A DNA stretch of 64,000 nucleotides from Octopus bimaculoides (Eukaryota). The DNA lies in NCBI RefSeq assembly GCF_001194135.2, contig NC_068985.1:73519354-73583353 (forward strand), given 5' to 3'. The notes under the pieces were generated by a model. The model saw only the letters and a list, made by a program, of their open reading frames with translations, searched no databases and was not told the DNA's origin. Below, one piece after another: positions 53,216 to 64,000 of this stretch (position 1 is its first letter; the number at the start of each line of letters is the position of its first letter). The position numbers and the translations under genes are program-made.

Positions 53216-55552
53216 TACATACATACATACACGCATATATACACGTGTATGTGTGTCTATGTGTGTTATGTGAGTGCGCGCGTCTGTGTAGGGATCACTT
53301 ATCTTTTCTGAATAGGAACGAAATAGGCATAAATTATAACTCATATTATTTTAATTTCTAATGAAGTGGGAAAAGACAGGTTTCCATATTCTGTGATATT
53401 ATATCAGTAAAATTTATAAAATAGAACTTCAGAGAAAAACGCCATTAGCGTCTAATAAAAGGTGTTCCTCTCCTGGTGGAATTAGATATATAAAGGAGAG
53501 TCAAGATATGTTAAACCGAGAGTAAATGAGAAACAGGGAGAGATAGAAAGAAGGTGATTACTGTTAGGTAGCTTTGGAAAGTGACCAAGTATATCAATGG
53601 CTATAGGCTGAAACATAGGAATTGGTATAGTAAATTTATCTAAGTTTGATTCCACATGCCAATTATCTTTTGTTTCGTGATGCGTTACAAGTTATGCATG
53701 CATTGAGGTGAATACTCTTCATGCGTCGAGAATTCGAGGGTGCGAGAAATTCCGTAGGATAACGAAGAGACGAAATTCCGTACGATGATGAAGATGACGA
53801 AATTTCAGGATTAAATGAGTAAGTGGACCGTCTGTCGTATCAAAGCAGGTATAATCACCGCTATTACGAAGTACTTATTGAGAGAGTCATGCCAATTTAC
53901 TAAGACTGTAACACTCCTTCCCATTCCCAGTGGGAAGCGATGCGTTGGAGGAGCAGTATTTGTTGTTTATATATGTAATACAGCGTTCAGGGAGTATTAG
54001 AAAACATTTAACTATCTTCAAACAGATTAAAATGTTTTTATCTTTTCAGATTGCCCGTGATAGATAAAATGCTTCCACAAGAAATAGGAGGATATTCATT
54101 GTTCCGATAAGTGTGGAATTCAATCATTTAGAAATTGCCAACTCTCAAAATGTTGTAAAGTCATTTTGTACACAAAGTTCGCAAAGACCTGAAAGCTTCT
54201 GACGAGAATTTCATCTGCTTCAAAGAGGAAATAACATTCTAAAATTTCTGTCCCCAACGCCCCCCCCCCCAACAAAAAACGCACTACAGTTAATTCAACA
54301 CTTTCAAAGCATTATCCATGATTGCTTAGTTGGAATAGCTTTATTAAATTATTAAATACGCCAATACAAACCATATTTCAGGCGCTTAAAACGTCGGCCA
54401 GGGGATGCTTCTCGCTGGAGCATTTTGAACACCTAAATACAAACAGTCATTGGTTTGTATGTTAATTAGCGTTGTTTGATATTTAGACTTAAGATGTGCA
54501 CGTGATGAAACTCTGCTTCAAATATTAATTCAAAACATAACACAAATTAATGTGTCAGTATTAACTTACCACCAAATATAAATTTGGAGTGATTTAAAAA
54601 TTCCGTTCAGTAAATCGTTAATCTGTACTTGTAAATAAGTTCACCTACATTTTTCCAACTTATTAGTATAAAACCCCAAATCCATAAAAGTGAATATTTC
54701 AGAAATTGTATTAAAAGCATTAAATAATTTTGAAATTGACTGACGGATTCTGGTTTTCAAATATAATTCATAAGTAATTTTCACGTTCTGCGTTTGAAGT
54801 TAAAGACATTTTATAAGACAAAGCTTTGTAACTTGAAAACAGTGGGAGATCATTTATGAGAAGCTAGTTATTCACAATGATAATTTCACATTTAAAGAAT
54901 TTAAGGGAAAAAAATTATATTTATTATACTTTTATTCTTCATTTGAAATGTAATGTTAAATTAATGTAATATTGGTTACAAATGGTAATTTCCGAACTCA
55001 ATTCTTTTTATTCAAGAAACGTGATATTTGTGTTGTTAAGAACACCGTTGTCTGAATCTAACAAAAACTGTTTACTTTGTCATCTCCCTCACTTCAGAAT
55101 GTATCAAACTCCATAATCCCCAAATATGCCTGAAAATCTGCATAAAGTGTTTTAAATATTTTTCTTTGTTGTACTTTGTCTTGAAAAGGGATAATAATTT
55201 TTATGATTAATGATAAAATTATACAAAAAATTGACATTTTCCCATATAATATTTGTTTGTGCATAACGCATTGGTAAATAATAAAAGTTGCAAAATATCT
55301 TTTCTACAATATACAAGTAGGCCATTTTGAGCTCCAGTCACCGCTGGTGCACAATCTGTCGAAACAGAATTGGGCTTTATACATAAATGCTTCGAAGTTA
55401 CGAATTTTCTATGTAGATTTAGTTTCTCCAGTTGCAGTTTCTTGCTCCGTAATACTGTTAAGTGTTCCTTCGCACCATAATTAGAAAATAGCGAAATAGC
55501 GTATATATATTTAATTGAGCCAACTTACAGGCTTCCGTCGATTCACCTAGAG

Positions 55553-55554
55553 CA

Positions 55555-55614
<60 letters not shown>

Positions 55615-55681
55615 TGTAATAGTAATAATAGTAGTAGTAATTGTAATAGTACTAGCAGTAATAGTTGTAGTAGTATTAGTA

Positions 55682-55768
<87 letters not shown>

Positions 55769-55782
55769 ATAGTAGTAGAAGT
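55553..55782. repeat. Compound (TAA)n/(TAG)n array
   Basis: Direct reading. Confidence 0.95.
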
Positions 55783-56360
55783 AGATGCCCTGTCGCAGTA
55801 CCAGGCAATGGTTCTCATGGCTTCTGATCTCAACTTATTGGAACTGTTACCATGTACACCGTTTTGTCTTGGTATAGAACATGAGCTACAGTAAATATTG
55901 TGTTCAATACCACTGATTTGCTTGTCAGTTGTTTGACCGTAACCAGTTGAACATGCCACTCAGTGGTTGACAATATGTGCATCTGTGATCAAGAGCAGAA
56001 GTAGTGGGGGAGCATCATGACCATGTGTTGAGAGGAATTCTTTTGTGTCTTGAATAATTCACCTCTAGAAACATGGTTGTTTCATTCAACGTCCTTAGTT
56101 CACTCTTATTGAGGGACCTTTTGAGCGGGACGGGCTACTCGACCTGAAGAAAATTCTGACTGGGCCCCACCTGCAAGGTCATGCGCTGTTTATCTTGATA
56201 TCAGATCATCATGTCAGGCACACATGGTTGGGATGCACGTACCTGGTATACCCTTATCTGACGGGTAGTCATGATGGGTATTCTGAGCTTCGTATACTTG
56301 TACTTCAGTGTCACTTTCATAACATGCACTTCTCTCTCTCTTTCTCTCTCTCGCATTCAA
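55783..56360 (+). mobile_element. Non-coding ~570-bp interspersed repeat of unknown class bounded by TAA/TAG repeats
   Basis: Higher-GC block without a recognisable ORF; resembles a recalled high-copy octopus repeat (not verifiable here). Confidence 0.5.
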
Positions 56361-56366
56361 TCATAA

Positions 56367-57045
56367 GAAGGGATGTATTCACAGACACGACAGAGTTGGG
56401 ACCTATATACTCTGGAAGATATGCCAACACTATGGAATAACAACAGAAAAAAGATGGTATAGGCACACTCCAGAAAAGGTCACAGAAAATGAGAAAGTAA
56501 CCATACTATGGGATATGTCAATACGCACACGTAGAGAAATGAAGGCCAATAGGCCGGATATTGTTGTCAGAGATCATTAAAAAAATGTTTTCTAATCGAT
56601 GTATCAATATCAACATATGATACTCTTTCTCTAAAAGAAATGGAGAAACTTTCAAAATACAAAGACCTGGTAATAGAGATAACTAGAATGTGGAGTCTAT
56701 AAGCAGAAACAATTCCTATGATAAGAGGCGTATTAGGTGTGATAGAAAAATATTCAGACAAATACATAGAAAAACACCAGGACTAACAAGTGTTTATAAC
56801 ACACAAAAAATAGAACTACTAGGCACCACGCACATCCTACGTAGAACACTTTCAATACAGTAACAATAAGAGCATCACAACAAACCACTGCACATACCGA
56901 AGGCACACAGAGCTGCGCTCGGTAGTGCAGTGGAAGCACGTGACAAAAACAACACTACTGAATAATAATAATAATGATAATTATAATAACAGTAACAACA
57001 ATAATACTACTATTTATAATAATGATAATAAGAATAATTATATAA
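56367..57045 (+). mobile_element. 5'-truncated R4/Dong-type non-LTR retrotransposon (REL endonuclease) with (TAA)n-like tail
   Basis: HRHDRVGTYILWKICQHYG..WYRHTPEKVTENEKVTILWD..ANRPDIVVRD..IDVSI..KEMEKLSKYKDL..LLGTTHILRRTLSIQ* (stop 56861-56863), then a short 3' UTR and AAT repeats. Confidence 0.9.
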
Positions 57046-57239
57046 TGAGGCAGATTGTAAGTGTTGTGTCGACGCCCCCAAGCGAAGAAGGAGTTCGTCC
57101 AAGACATATAAAGAAAGGTAGTCTGGCCGTGGTAGGGAATTGAGTGACTGTTGAGTAGCTCTTGGGTAGCAGTCGAGTAGAGATCATCTGAAGGTGCTAG
57201 ATAGCAGTAGCTTGAGACAGAACAGTAAGAAAGCCAGAC

Positions 57240-58535
57240 AATCGAAATACCAAATAGGCAAACAACGAAAGCAGTTGAGAAAGAGCAGTGCTATAAGTGT
57301 TTGGGAATGTTGGAAGCATATGAAATAAAACATGAGGTGTTGAAGCAAATTAACAGTAGAGTGAGAAAAATATTGCGGTCAAAGTTGAATTGGAAATCTC
57401 TTATTAAAGCAATAAATGAGAGGGCAGTACCCGTAAACAGATATGGATTTGAAATAATTTTAGATTGAAGCAAAAGTGACATACAAAAACTTGACCGAAA
57501 AACCTGAAAGCTGTTGGCAATGTATGGAGCCTACCATCCGAAAGCTAATATTAACCAGCTGTATTTGAAGAGACAACAGGGTCGAAGAGGTTTAATGGTT
57601 GTACAAACATGTGTTACTGAGGGAATGATAATGCCTACTAGAGTATTTTCAGAACAGCACAAACAATTTACTAAAGGCAGTGAATAAAGAACTGGTGATC
57701 ATGTGTGAAATAGTAGAAAAAGACAAGACGTAATTGAAAGAGAGCATGTTAAACAGATTGAAGGAAAACGTTTTGTATGATGGGTTTTGGAAAACCAATG
57801 AAAATGTCTGTGGAACAAAAAACAGGCATAGTTGAAGACGGGCTATTGAAGAAGGAAACAGAAAGCATAGATGTAGCAGTTCAAGATCAAGAGTTAAAAA
57901 CAAATAACATGAGAAAATATGTATATGGCGAGAAGGTCTCAGTAAAATGCAGAGTGTGTAGAATTTGGAATGAAAGTATGGCATACTTTATCGCAGGATG
58001 TCCTAAGTACTTGGTGTAATCAATGAGTTCAAAGCGAGGTAAAGTCGGATAAATGTAATATTTTATGGGATTTTCCTTATGTAAACGGATAAGCTAGAAA
58101 ATAATATACCAGATATAACAATAACAGACAAGGAAAAAATGAAGTTGTTTGCTCATTGCTTATTGTGTTCGTTCGATTCCAGGTTTAGAAAGAAAGAAAA
58201 AAATTTAAAATGCAATCCCTTAAAATTTGAAATTGCGAGAATTGGTATATGAAGACTTTAAAGGTTGTGTCTGTAAAAATCAGTGCATTAAGAACTGTGA
58301 GCAATGATATAGAGAAATGGTTGAAGGAGATTGGAATGGAATATCCTGTTGAGATTCAACAAAAAAATTGCCGCTTAGGGACAGGAAAGATTATCAGAGA
58401 GGTTTTGTACGTTTGAAAGATTACTGAAATCTTAGATATCAAATATTATAGGTAGTAACACGCTACCCGCATAAATTCTACCAAGAATAAGAACAAACCT
58501 GTATCAAATCGACTACTGATACTAATGATGAGGTG
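57240..58535 (+). mobile_element. Older, degenerate R4/Dong-type LINE 3' portion (RT thumb, zinc-knuckle region, REL)
   Basis: YKCLG..RVRKILRSKLN..AINERAVP..LDRKT..HPKANINQLYLKRQQGRRGL, then GLLKKETES..AVQDQELKTNNMR..KCRVC..IAGC, then LGTGKIIREVL. Confidence 0.85.
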
Positions 58536-58902
58536 TGTGGATGAGTGTGCGTGCGTGCATATGTATATATGCTGTATATACATGTACATAAATGCATACA
58601 TACACACATACACACACTAATATATATGCGTGTGTGTGTACGATAACGAAGGTGGCTAGACGTAATATAAAACTAAAAAAGGAACAATTCAGTTATCACT
58701 AATTGTGATTCAGGGTGCAGAGTAGCTCCTACATGGCAAGAAACAAGAGTCAAAGACCGTTATAGCCACAAAAAGCACATTGTGTGTGTACTGAGCGTAG
58801 AGATAACCGCTACGCAGCGAGCGAGGTCACTATACTAGCAAACCAGTTTCACTTGGAATTAAAACTCATTAGTAGTGATCACTCCTTCGCTGATGGTTAA
58901 GC

Positions 58903-59002
58903 TAAATCCTACCTGTCAGTATATAGTTAAATCCTACCTGTCAGTATATAGTTAAATCCTACCTGTCAGCATATAGTTAAATCCTACCTGTCAGTATATA
59001 GT
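58903..59002. repeat. 4 x 25-bp tandem repeat TAAATCCTACCTGTCAGTATATAGT
   Basis: Four head-to-tail units, one substitution (58970), no spacers. Confidence 0.95.
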
Positions 59003-59148
59003 ATTTACCATATGAATTAATGGATGATTCGCAGAAATAGTAATGTTAAAATTATAAAATAACGAAGGTGTTACCTGCACCATCGGTTAGTATTATTCTT
59101 TTATTCACTTACTTGTTTCAGTCATTTGTCTACGGTCATGCTGGAGCG

Positions 59149-60000
59149 CAGCCATCGGTGTCAGTGTGGCTATGGACGTGGCGGGACTCTTCATTACCTG
59201 GTGGGACAGGAAACTGAAACAAGGTCTTGAGAAACACTCGGTAGCAATCAAACTGTACGGGAGATATGTGGATGACATCAGCATCATAGTCAAAACACCA
59301 TTGAACAGTGAAACTGAAGAGAACGAGAGAAGCATGATGGAAAGCATCCAGCGTGTAGCTAATTCCATACACCAAAGCATCAGAGTAACAATAGATTACC
59401 CAACAAAGAACCAAAACAAGAGACTCCCGGTTCTTGTTACAGAGCTTTGGCTAGAGACCATTCATAACAAGGTTCAAATCCTCCACAATGCCGACAAGTT
59501 CCAAAGGGTAATGTTTGTAAAAACCGAACCACACGGGGAACTAGCCCACAGATTTATAAAACTCCTGAAGTTGAACACAAAATTCATGGAAAACCCAGGG
59601 AAATCCATCAAGTCAATAATATGCAAAACGTACTCCTTCAGAAAACACACGTGTGTAGAGGAGAACTGTGTAGTGTGCAAATATAGCCCTGGTGTCAACT
59701 GCAAAACCAGAAATGTGGTTTACCGAATAATTTGCATGGATGGTGATTGTAAAACCCGGAAGACTACATACTCAGGTGAAACGGCAAGAAGTTTGGCCGA
59801 GCGTATAAATGAAAATTGGAGGGAATACAGGGATCACAGACAAACTTCATACTCTACTAGCATGCCAAAGAACAACATGGTCATGTGCTGAACCGAATTA
59901 GCATAGAAATCCTGTCTAGACACCCGGATGACGCATCGCTATGACAGATATGAGCCTTAGTCTTGATAAACGAAACACGACCGGTTTTGAATAATAAATA
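59149..60000 (+). mobile_element. Penelope-like element, Neptune-type: RT C-terminal part, Cys-rich linker and GIY-YIG endonuclease
   Basis: ORF 59166..59891 contains RYVDD, LPVL, CVEENCVVC..NCKTRNVVYRIIC..YSGETARSLAERINE. A frameshifted continuation ends LINETRPVLNNK. Confidence 0.9.
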
Positions 60001-60009
60001 CTTTCATTA

Positions 60010-60375
60010 GGCAGAGACCTTACAAATAGCCATGGACGCGCACACGCATACGCACATACGCACACATACACATAGAGACAAACAAGGACACAGAAATACC
60101 CCCCCGCTCACACAGATAAACACATACGCATACGCACACATACGGAAACATGCATACAGAAGTACACACGCACACACAAACACACAGGAACTCACGCACA
60201 TATGAATGCAAACATATACACACAAAGACATAAACACATAAAGACATACTGAGACGCAGACACACACTCATACACACACATACACGCAAACACAGATACA
60301 CAACACACACTCGTACACACATGACGTCCTATACACACATGCACACGCGCCTGCATACGCATGCTAGTGCTCACG
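60010..60375. repeat. Degenerate (CA/CACG/CATA)n tract
   Basis: Direct reading. Confidence 0.85.
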
Positions 60376-60647
60376 CATAGATATCAATTCATTCAACATT
60401 TATGAAACAAAGAAGACGGTTAAACTGTCTTTGAGAGAAACGTTATATGGATGAAAGTGTGTATTTGTGAATAAAACAAAGAGAAAACTGAAACCGCTAT
60501 CTTATGTATATGAAAAATGACATAGTTAGTATTCAAGAAACACACACACATGCAGACATACACACACTCACATTCCCATCTCGGACAGATCTCGGACGAA
60601 TCCTAACACTGGAACATAAGTTCAAAAGAAACGGAAGTAGAGAGACG

Positions 60648-60687
60648 TGTCACTGAAGAGATTGCATCAATGCAATGAAATAATGAT
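60648..60687 (+). ncRNA. Degenerate hammerhead-like motif downstream of the Neptune-like ORF
   Basis: GUCA-CUGAAGA-G-AUUGCA-ucaa-UGCAAU-GAAA-UAA-UGAU; core and stem II are canonical, cleavage triplet is not. Confidence 0.4.
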
Positions 60688-60692
60688 TTCAC

Positions 60693-60723
<31 letters not shown>

Positions 60724-60910
60724 ACAACACTAACAATACTGAACATTTGAACGATTAACTGTTTGACCAAAGTGTTTAACATATGAGTTTGAAAAACTAG
60801 TAAAAAAAGGCTGATCAATAAATTGGTTAACGGGGTAACTAACTCATTAACTAACAATAACGGTAACAATACAGGACCGAACCAGTGCGTGTGTTTATTA
60901 TTTTTTATTT

Positions 60911-60999
60911 CTTGTCCAAGGAGCCACGCAGTCGGACTGAACCCGAGACCATGTGGTTGGGAAGCAAGCTTCTTGTTACACAGCCACCCCTGCGCGTAT
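60911..60999 (-). mobile_element. SINE family B tRNA-like head
   Basis: GTGGCTGTGTAAC (A-box-like) and GGGTTCAGTCC (B-box-like), followed by CCTTGGACAAG, which resembles the start of the CORE domain. Confidence 0.75.
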
Positions 61000-61089
61000 T
61001 AGTGACATTTGAATTTTTCCTTTTGTGTTTTAAATTGCGTCTAGCCACCTTCGTAATTTTATAATTTTCCCATTACAATTTGTCTGAAT

Positions 61090-63070
61090 CATCCAATGAC
61101 TCATGGTAAATACTGACAGATATAAATATCATAAAATATTACCAGCTGCATCAACCGCCCATGAGAGATATAACTTCACTAAGATCAAAGAAACAATATC
61201 ATTCCTTCCACAACTACATGAATACTATCATTAGTAGTAAAAAAAGTGCCGGAGAAAGTGGGCCATTGAGTAAATAAATACCTATCCTAAAGTAAGCTTT
61301 TCATTTGCCAAAAAGCACAAGGTTGTTCTCTCATCTGTTGGACCACTGGCAGATGAAGACAACACATTGCATAGTAATGCAAATGACATGATCGAGATTC
61401 TACAGAAGGAATACTGCTCCATTTTCAGCTATTCCAAAATGGCCAGTCCTGACAACATCGGTGAAACAAATCCCCTGCACATTTGGCGCGCCCGGATATC
61501 GCAGTAGCAATAAACAAAATTACAATCAATTCAGCTTCAGCCCCGAGAGATTCGCCTCTAGAATCCTGAAGGATTACCGGCATCAGCTGACATTCACTTT
61601 AGCTATTCCGTTGTGGAAAGCACTGGACGCTAGCTTTATACTCGATATTTTCCTATCTCAGTCGATTGTCCCCAAAGAGAGCAACACATCGCTTGCAGTG
61701 AATTATCGATTAATCTTAAGTAAGATCAAATTATTTGTGAGAGTGGTGAGAGCTCGAGTAACAAACGTCATGGAAAGTAAAACGTACTTAGTCCGAGCTA
61801 GTATGGTTTCCGCAACGACAAGGACTGCCTAACGCAATTCACACATCAACTTGATGATATCTTAAAGGTTCTTGGAGACAAAACTAATGAGGGTTTAATC
61901 TATTTTGACTTCAGAAAGGCATCCAACAAGGTTGACTACAGCATCCTATCCAAGAAGCTAACCAAAACTGTAGTTTCAGGGAGGCTATTAAAGTGTATTA
62001 AATGTTTTCTGGTGAACAGAAGCCAACATGTGGTGATAGATGGTGTTTGATGAAGCTCGGTAAGAGTCATCAGTGGCATACCACAAGGCACTCTATTGAG
62101 CCCACTTCTTTCTATTACATCAATGGCATTCAGGTGTCATCATATACAACGGAATTATAATTTTCGCAGATCACTCTAAGCAGGAAACTAGATTAATCAT
62201 CAATCCTTATCCGGTGGGAGGAAAAGGAAACATGCAGCTAAATGAAAATAAATTTGAATTAATCCACTTCTGTAAAGAGGCTGCAATTACGCTACCATCA
62301 CTCTTCCTTCTGGTGAAAACCTCCTGGCATTAAACATCGCTACTGACGTCGGAGTAACCGTCGACAACAACGTAAGGTGTAGTGTCCACGAAAACAACTA
62401 ATTCAACATAGCTAGCAGGGCGTGCTCCTGGAACCTTAGGATATTTCGGTCGAGAGACGCTCCTAACATTAACCTTCTCTTCCTCATCTTTGCCCGTCCT
62501 CACATTGAATATTTTTATCCGCTGTGGTCTCCCAACACGAAACAAAATTTTAAAAAAGTGCAGCACCCTAGTAACCAACCATAAAAAATAATCATGACTC
62601 ATCTTGATTACTGCGATCGTTTCGAGAAACTCACGCTTTATTCCATCCAACACCGCCTCGAACGCTATAAAATTTGTATTAATTGGAAAATATCGACTCC
62701 AGTAAAATTACACAAATGATGTTAACATTAACTTTAAAATTCGCCCAAGGCTTGATCCCCGTGCCATCAGTCATAGCATGACAACAGTAAGACAACAATT
62801 TCATCTCAACTGACCCTGCTCACTTTAACATCATGACAAGACACATAAGAGATGTAAAGATCTAACATTCAACGTTTTCCAGTACGAATGTCTCTAACAA
62901 ATTCCAGATGAACCACCTACACCTAGATATAGCTCCGCAAACAATATATCTTTTTTCTCATGGCTATGGTACCCAAATAACGGCTTTAATATGAGACATC
63001 ATAAAATGTCTTTTTCAGGTGGTGCGATTAATGTTAGCCCTGGCCTGGACCAATTCTGGCCGAAACTTTT
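61090..63070 (+). mobile_element. Degenerate CR1-group LINE, reverse transcriptase region
   Basis: SFAKK..VGPL..MIEILQKEYCSIFS; NYR; YGFR..CLTQ; YFDFRKA..KVD; SGIPQGTLLSPLL; IFAD; RPHIEY..LWSP; LYSIQHRLERY; many stops and frameshifts. Confidence 0.9.
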
Positions 63071-64000
63071 CAAAATGAGCTGAGTACAGCTGATTTCATG
63101 TTGATAATATACAATATCTGGCATATTGATATCCCGTCGTATCCTAGTTTGTCTTGCGACAATGTTCCTTTCATTTTGTACAAGAATACAAGTTACACAT
63201 AATGAAGCTACTGTTATCCCTAGACATTTCTTGGTATCATTCCTGAAACTAGATAGTTTAAAATGGCAACATTTTCAAATTTGTGACATCGTATATTATT
63301 ACGGACGTTTAGAGAAGAAAATCTCAATCAAAATCAAGATGTAAATAATGAAAATGGAGTTAAATTGGTCAACGTTAAAATGTTAACATATAAAGATAAA
63401 GAAAGACGCTCTTTAATTGACCAAATATTGTTTTATGGTAAACTGCAGATGTTAAAGGACGTTATGTGGTGGCAAAATAAACAAAACTTCAGTTGCATGA
63501 ATTTAGATCCTAAGTGCACATCCTATTGAAGTTGATTTCCCTTTAAAATCCCAAGTTCAAGAAAATATGTGCCAAGTGTGTACTGAATTATTTAAAAATA
63601 TTGTTCCAAATATGCTTATCTCTTTTCTTTATCGTTTTTTGAGAAACATATTTTTTTTCATTTCCTTTCTTTTTATAAAACATATCAATATATATAATTA
63701 AAAAAAAATAATTTCCTCATGTTCTCCGATGTTTCCGCCACTCCACGGCAATTTCCCTCGAGCTTCTATGATGGGTTCCCTTCATAATTTCCAATACCTT
63801 AAACTACAATTTGGAAATGCCGCTATATGTTACAACGTCTTGTATTTATTTACGCATGATACATATTAAAATTACCATTTTCTGCGCAGTTACAACCTAT
63901 TCAATTTTTTCGCCGATAGAGCTCAATACACAAACTTAAAATAATAAACATAAACATAAACATACACAATCAAACACACACAAATACACACACACACACA

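Noticed and set aside
57050-57235. LTR-like segment with TG start and TATAAA
   Set aside because: No terminal CA, TSD, second copy or primer-binding site visible
58903-59002. CRISPR-like appearance of the 25-bp repeats
   Set aside because: Units are directly adjacent with no spacers, and the context is eukaryotic
52-63344. Dozens of ORF-track entries with YIYI, VCVC, THTH, LSLS, poly-E/V/L/I or X runs
   Set aside because: They are translations of microsatellites or N gaps
63452-63546. TTAA-AGG...CCT-TTAA, a Kolobok-like miniature element
   Set aside because: Only 3 bp of terminal inverted match, which is expected by chance in AT-rich DNA

Overview
This is AT-rich, microsatellite-dense eukaryotic DNA with eight N-gaps, most of them opening inside simple repeats. 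The repeat content looks like octopus/cephalopod genome (inference, from recalled repeat families). I could not identify a host protein-coding gene. Most ORFs in the track are translations of microsatellites or gaps. The recognisable coding remnants all belong to transposable elements: an ORF1-like CCHC protein (6.7-8.2 kb), an internally deleted mariner (17.3-18.0 kb), a DD37D/maT relic (26.8-28.1 kb), a TIR MITE, R4/Dong-type restriction-endonuclease-like (REL) LINE fragments in (TAA)n, CR1-group LINE fragments, and two Penelope-like elements (PLEs). Many copies of two tRNA-derived SINE families and two Helitron-like 3' ends are also present. The most interesting signal is a minimal hammerhead ribozyme with a non-canonical core (CUGUUGA) in the terminal region of a Penelope fragment that is itself nested inside a SINE. 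A second, degenerate hammerhead lies downstream of a Neptune-like PLE. Other items worth checking are a 91-bp mini-Helitron, a perfect 125-bp duplication spanning a transposon junction, an LTR/promoter-like cassette inside a SINE, and several splice-site-bounded exon candidates of low confidence.
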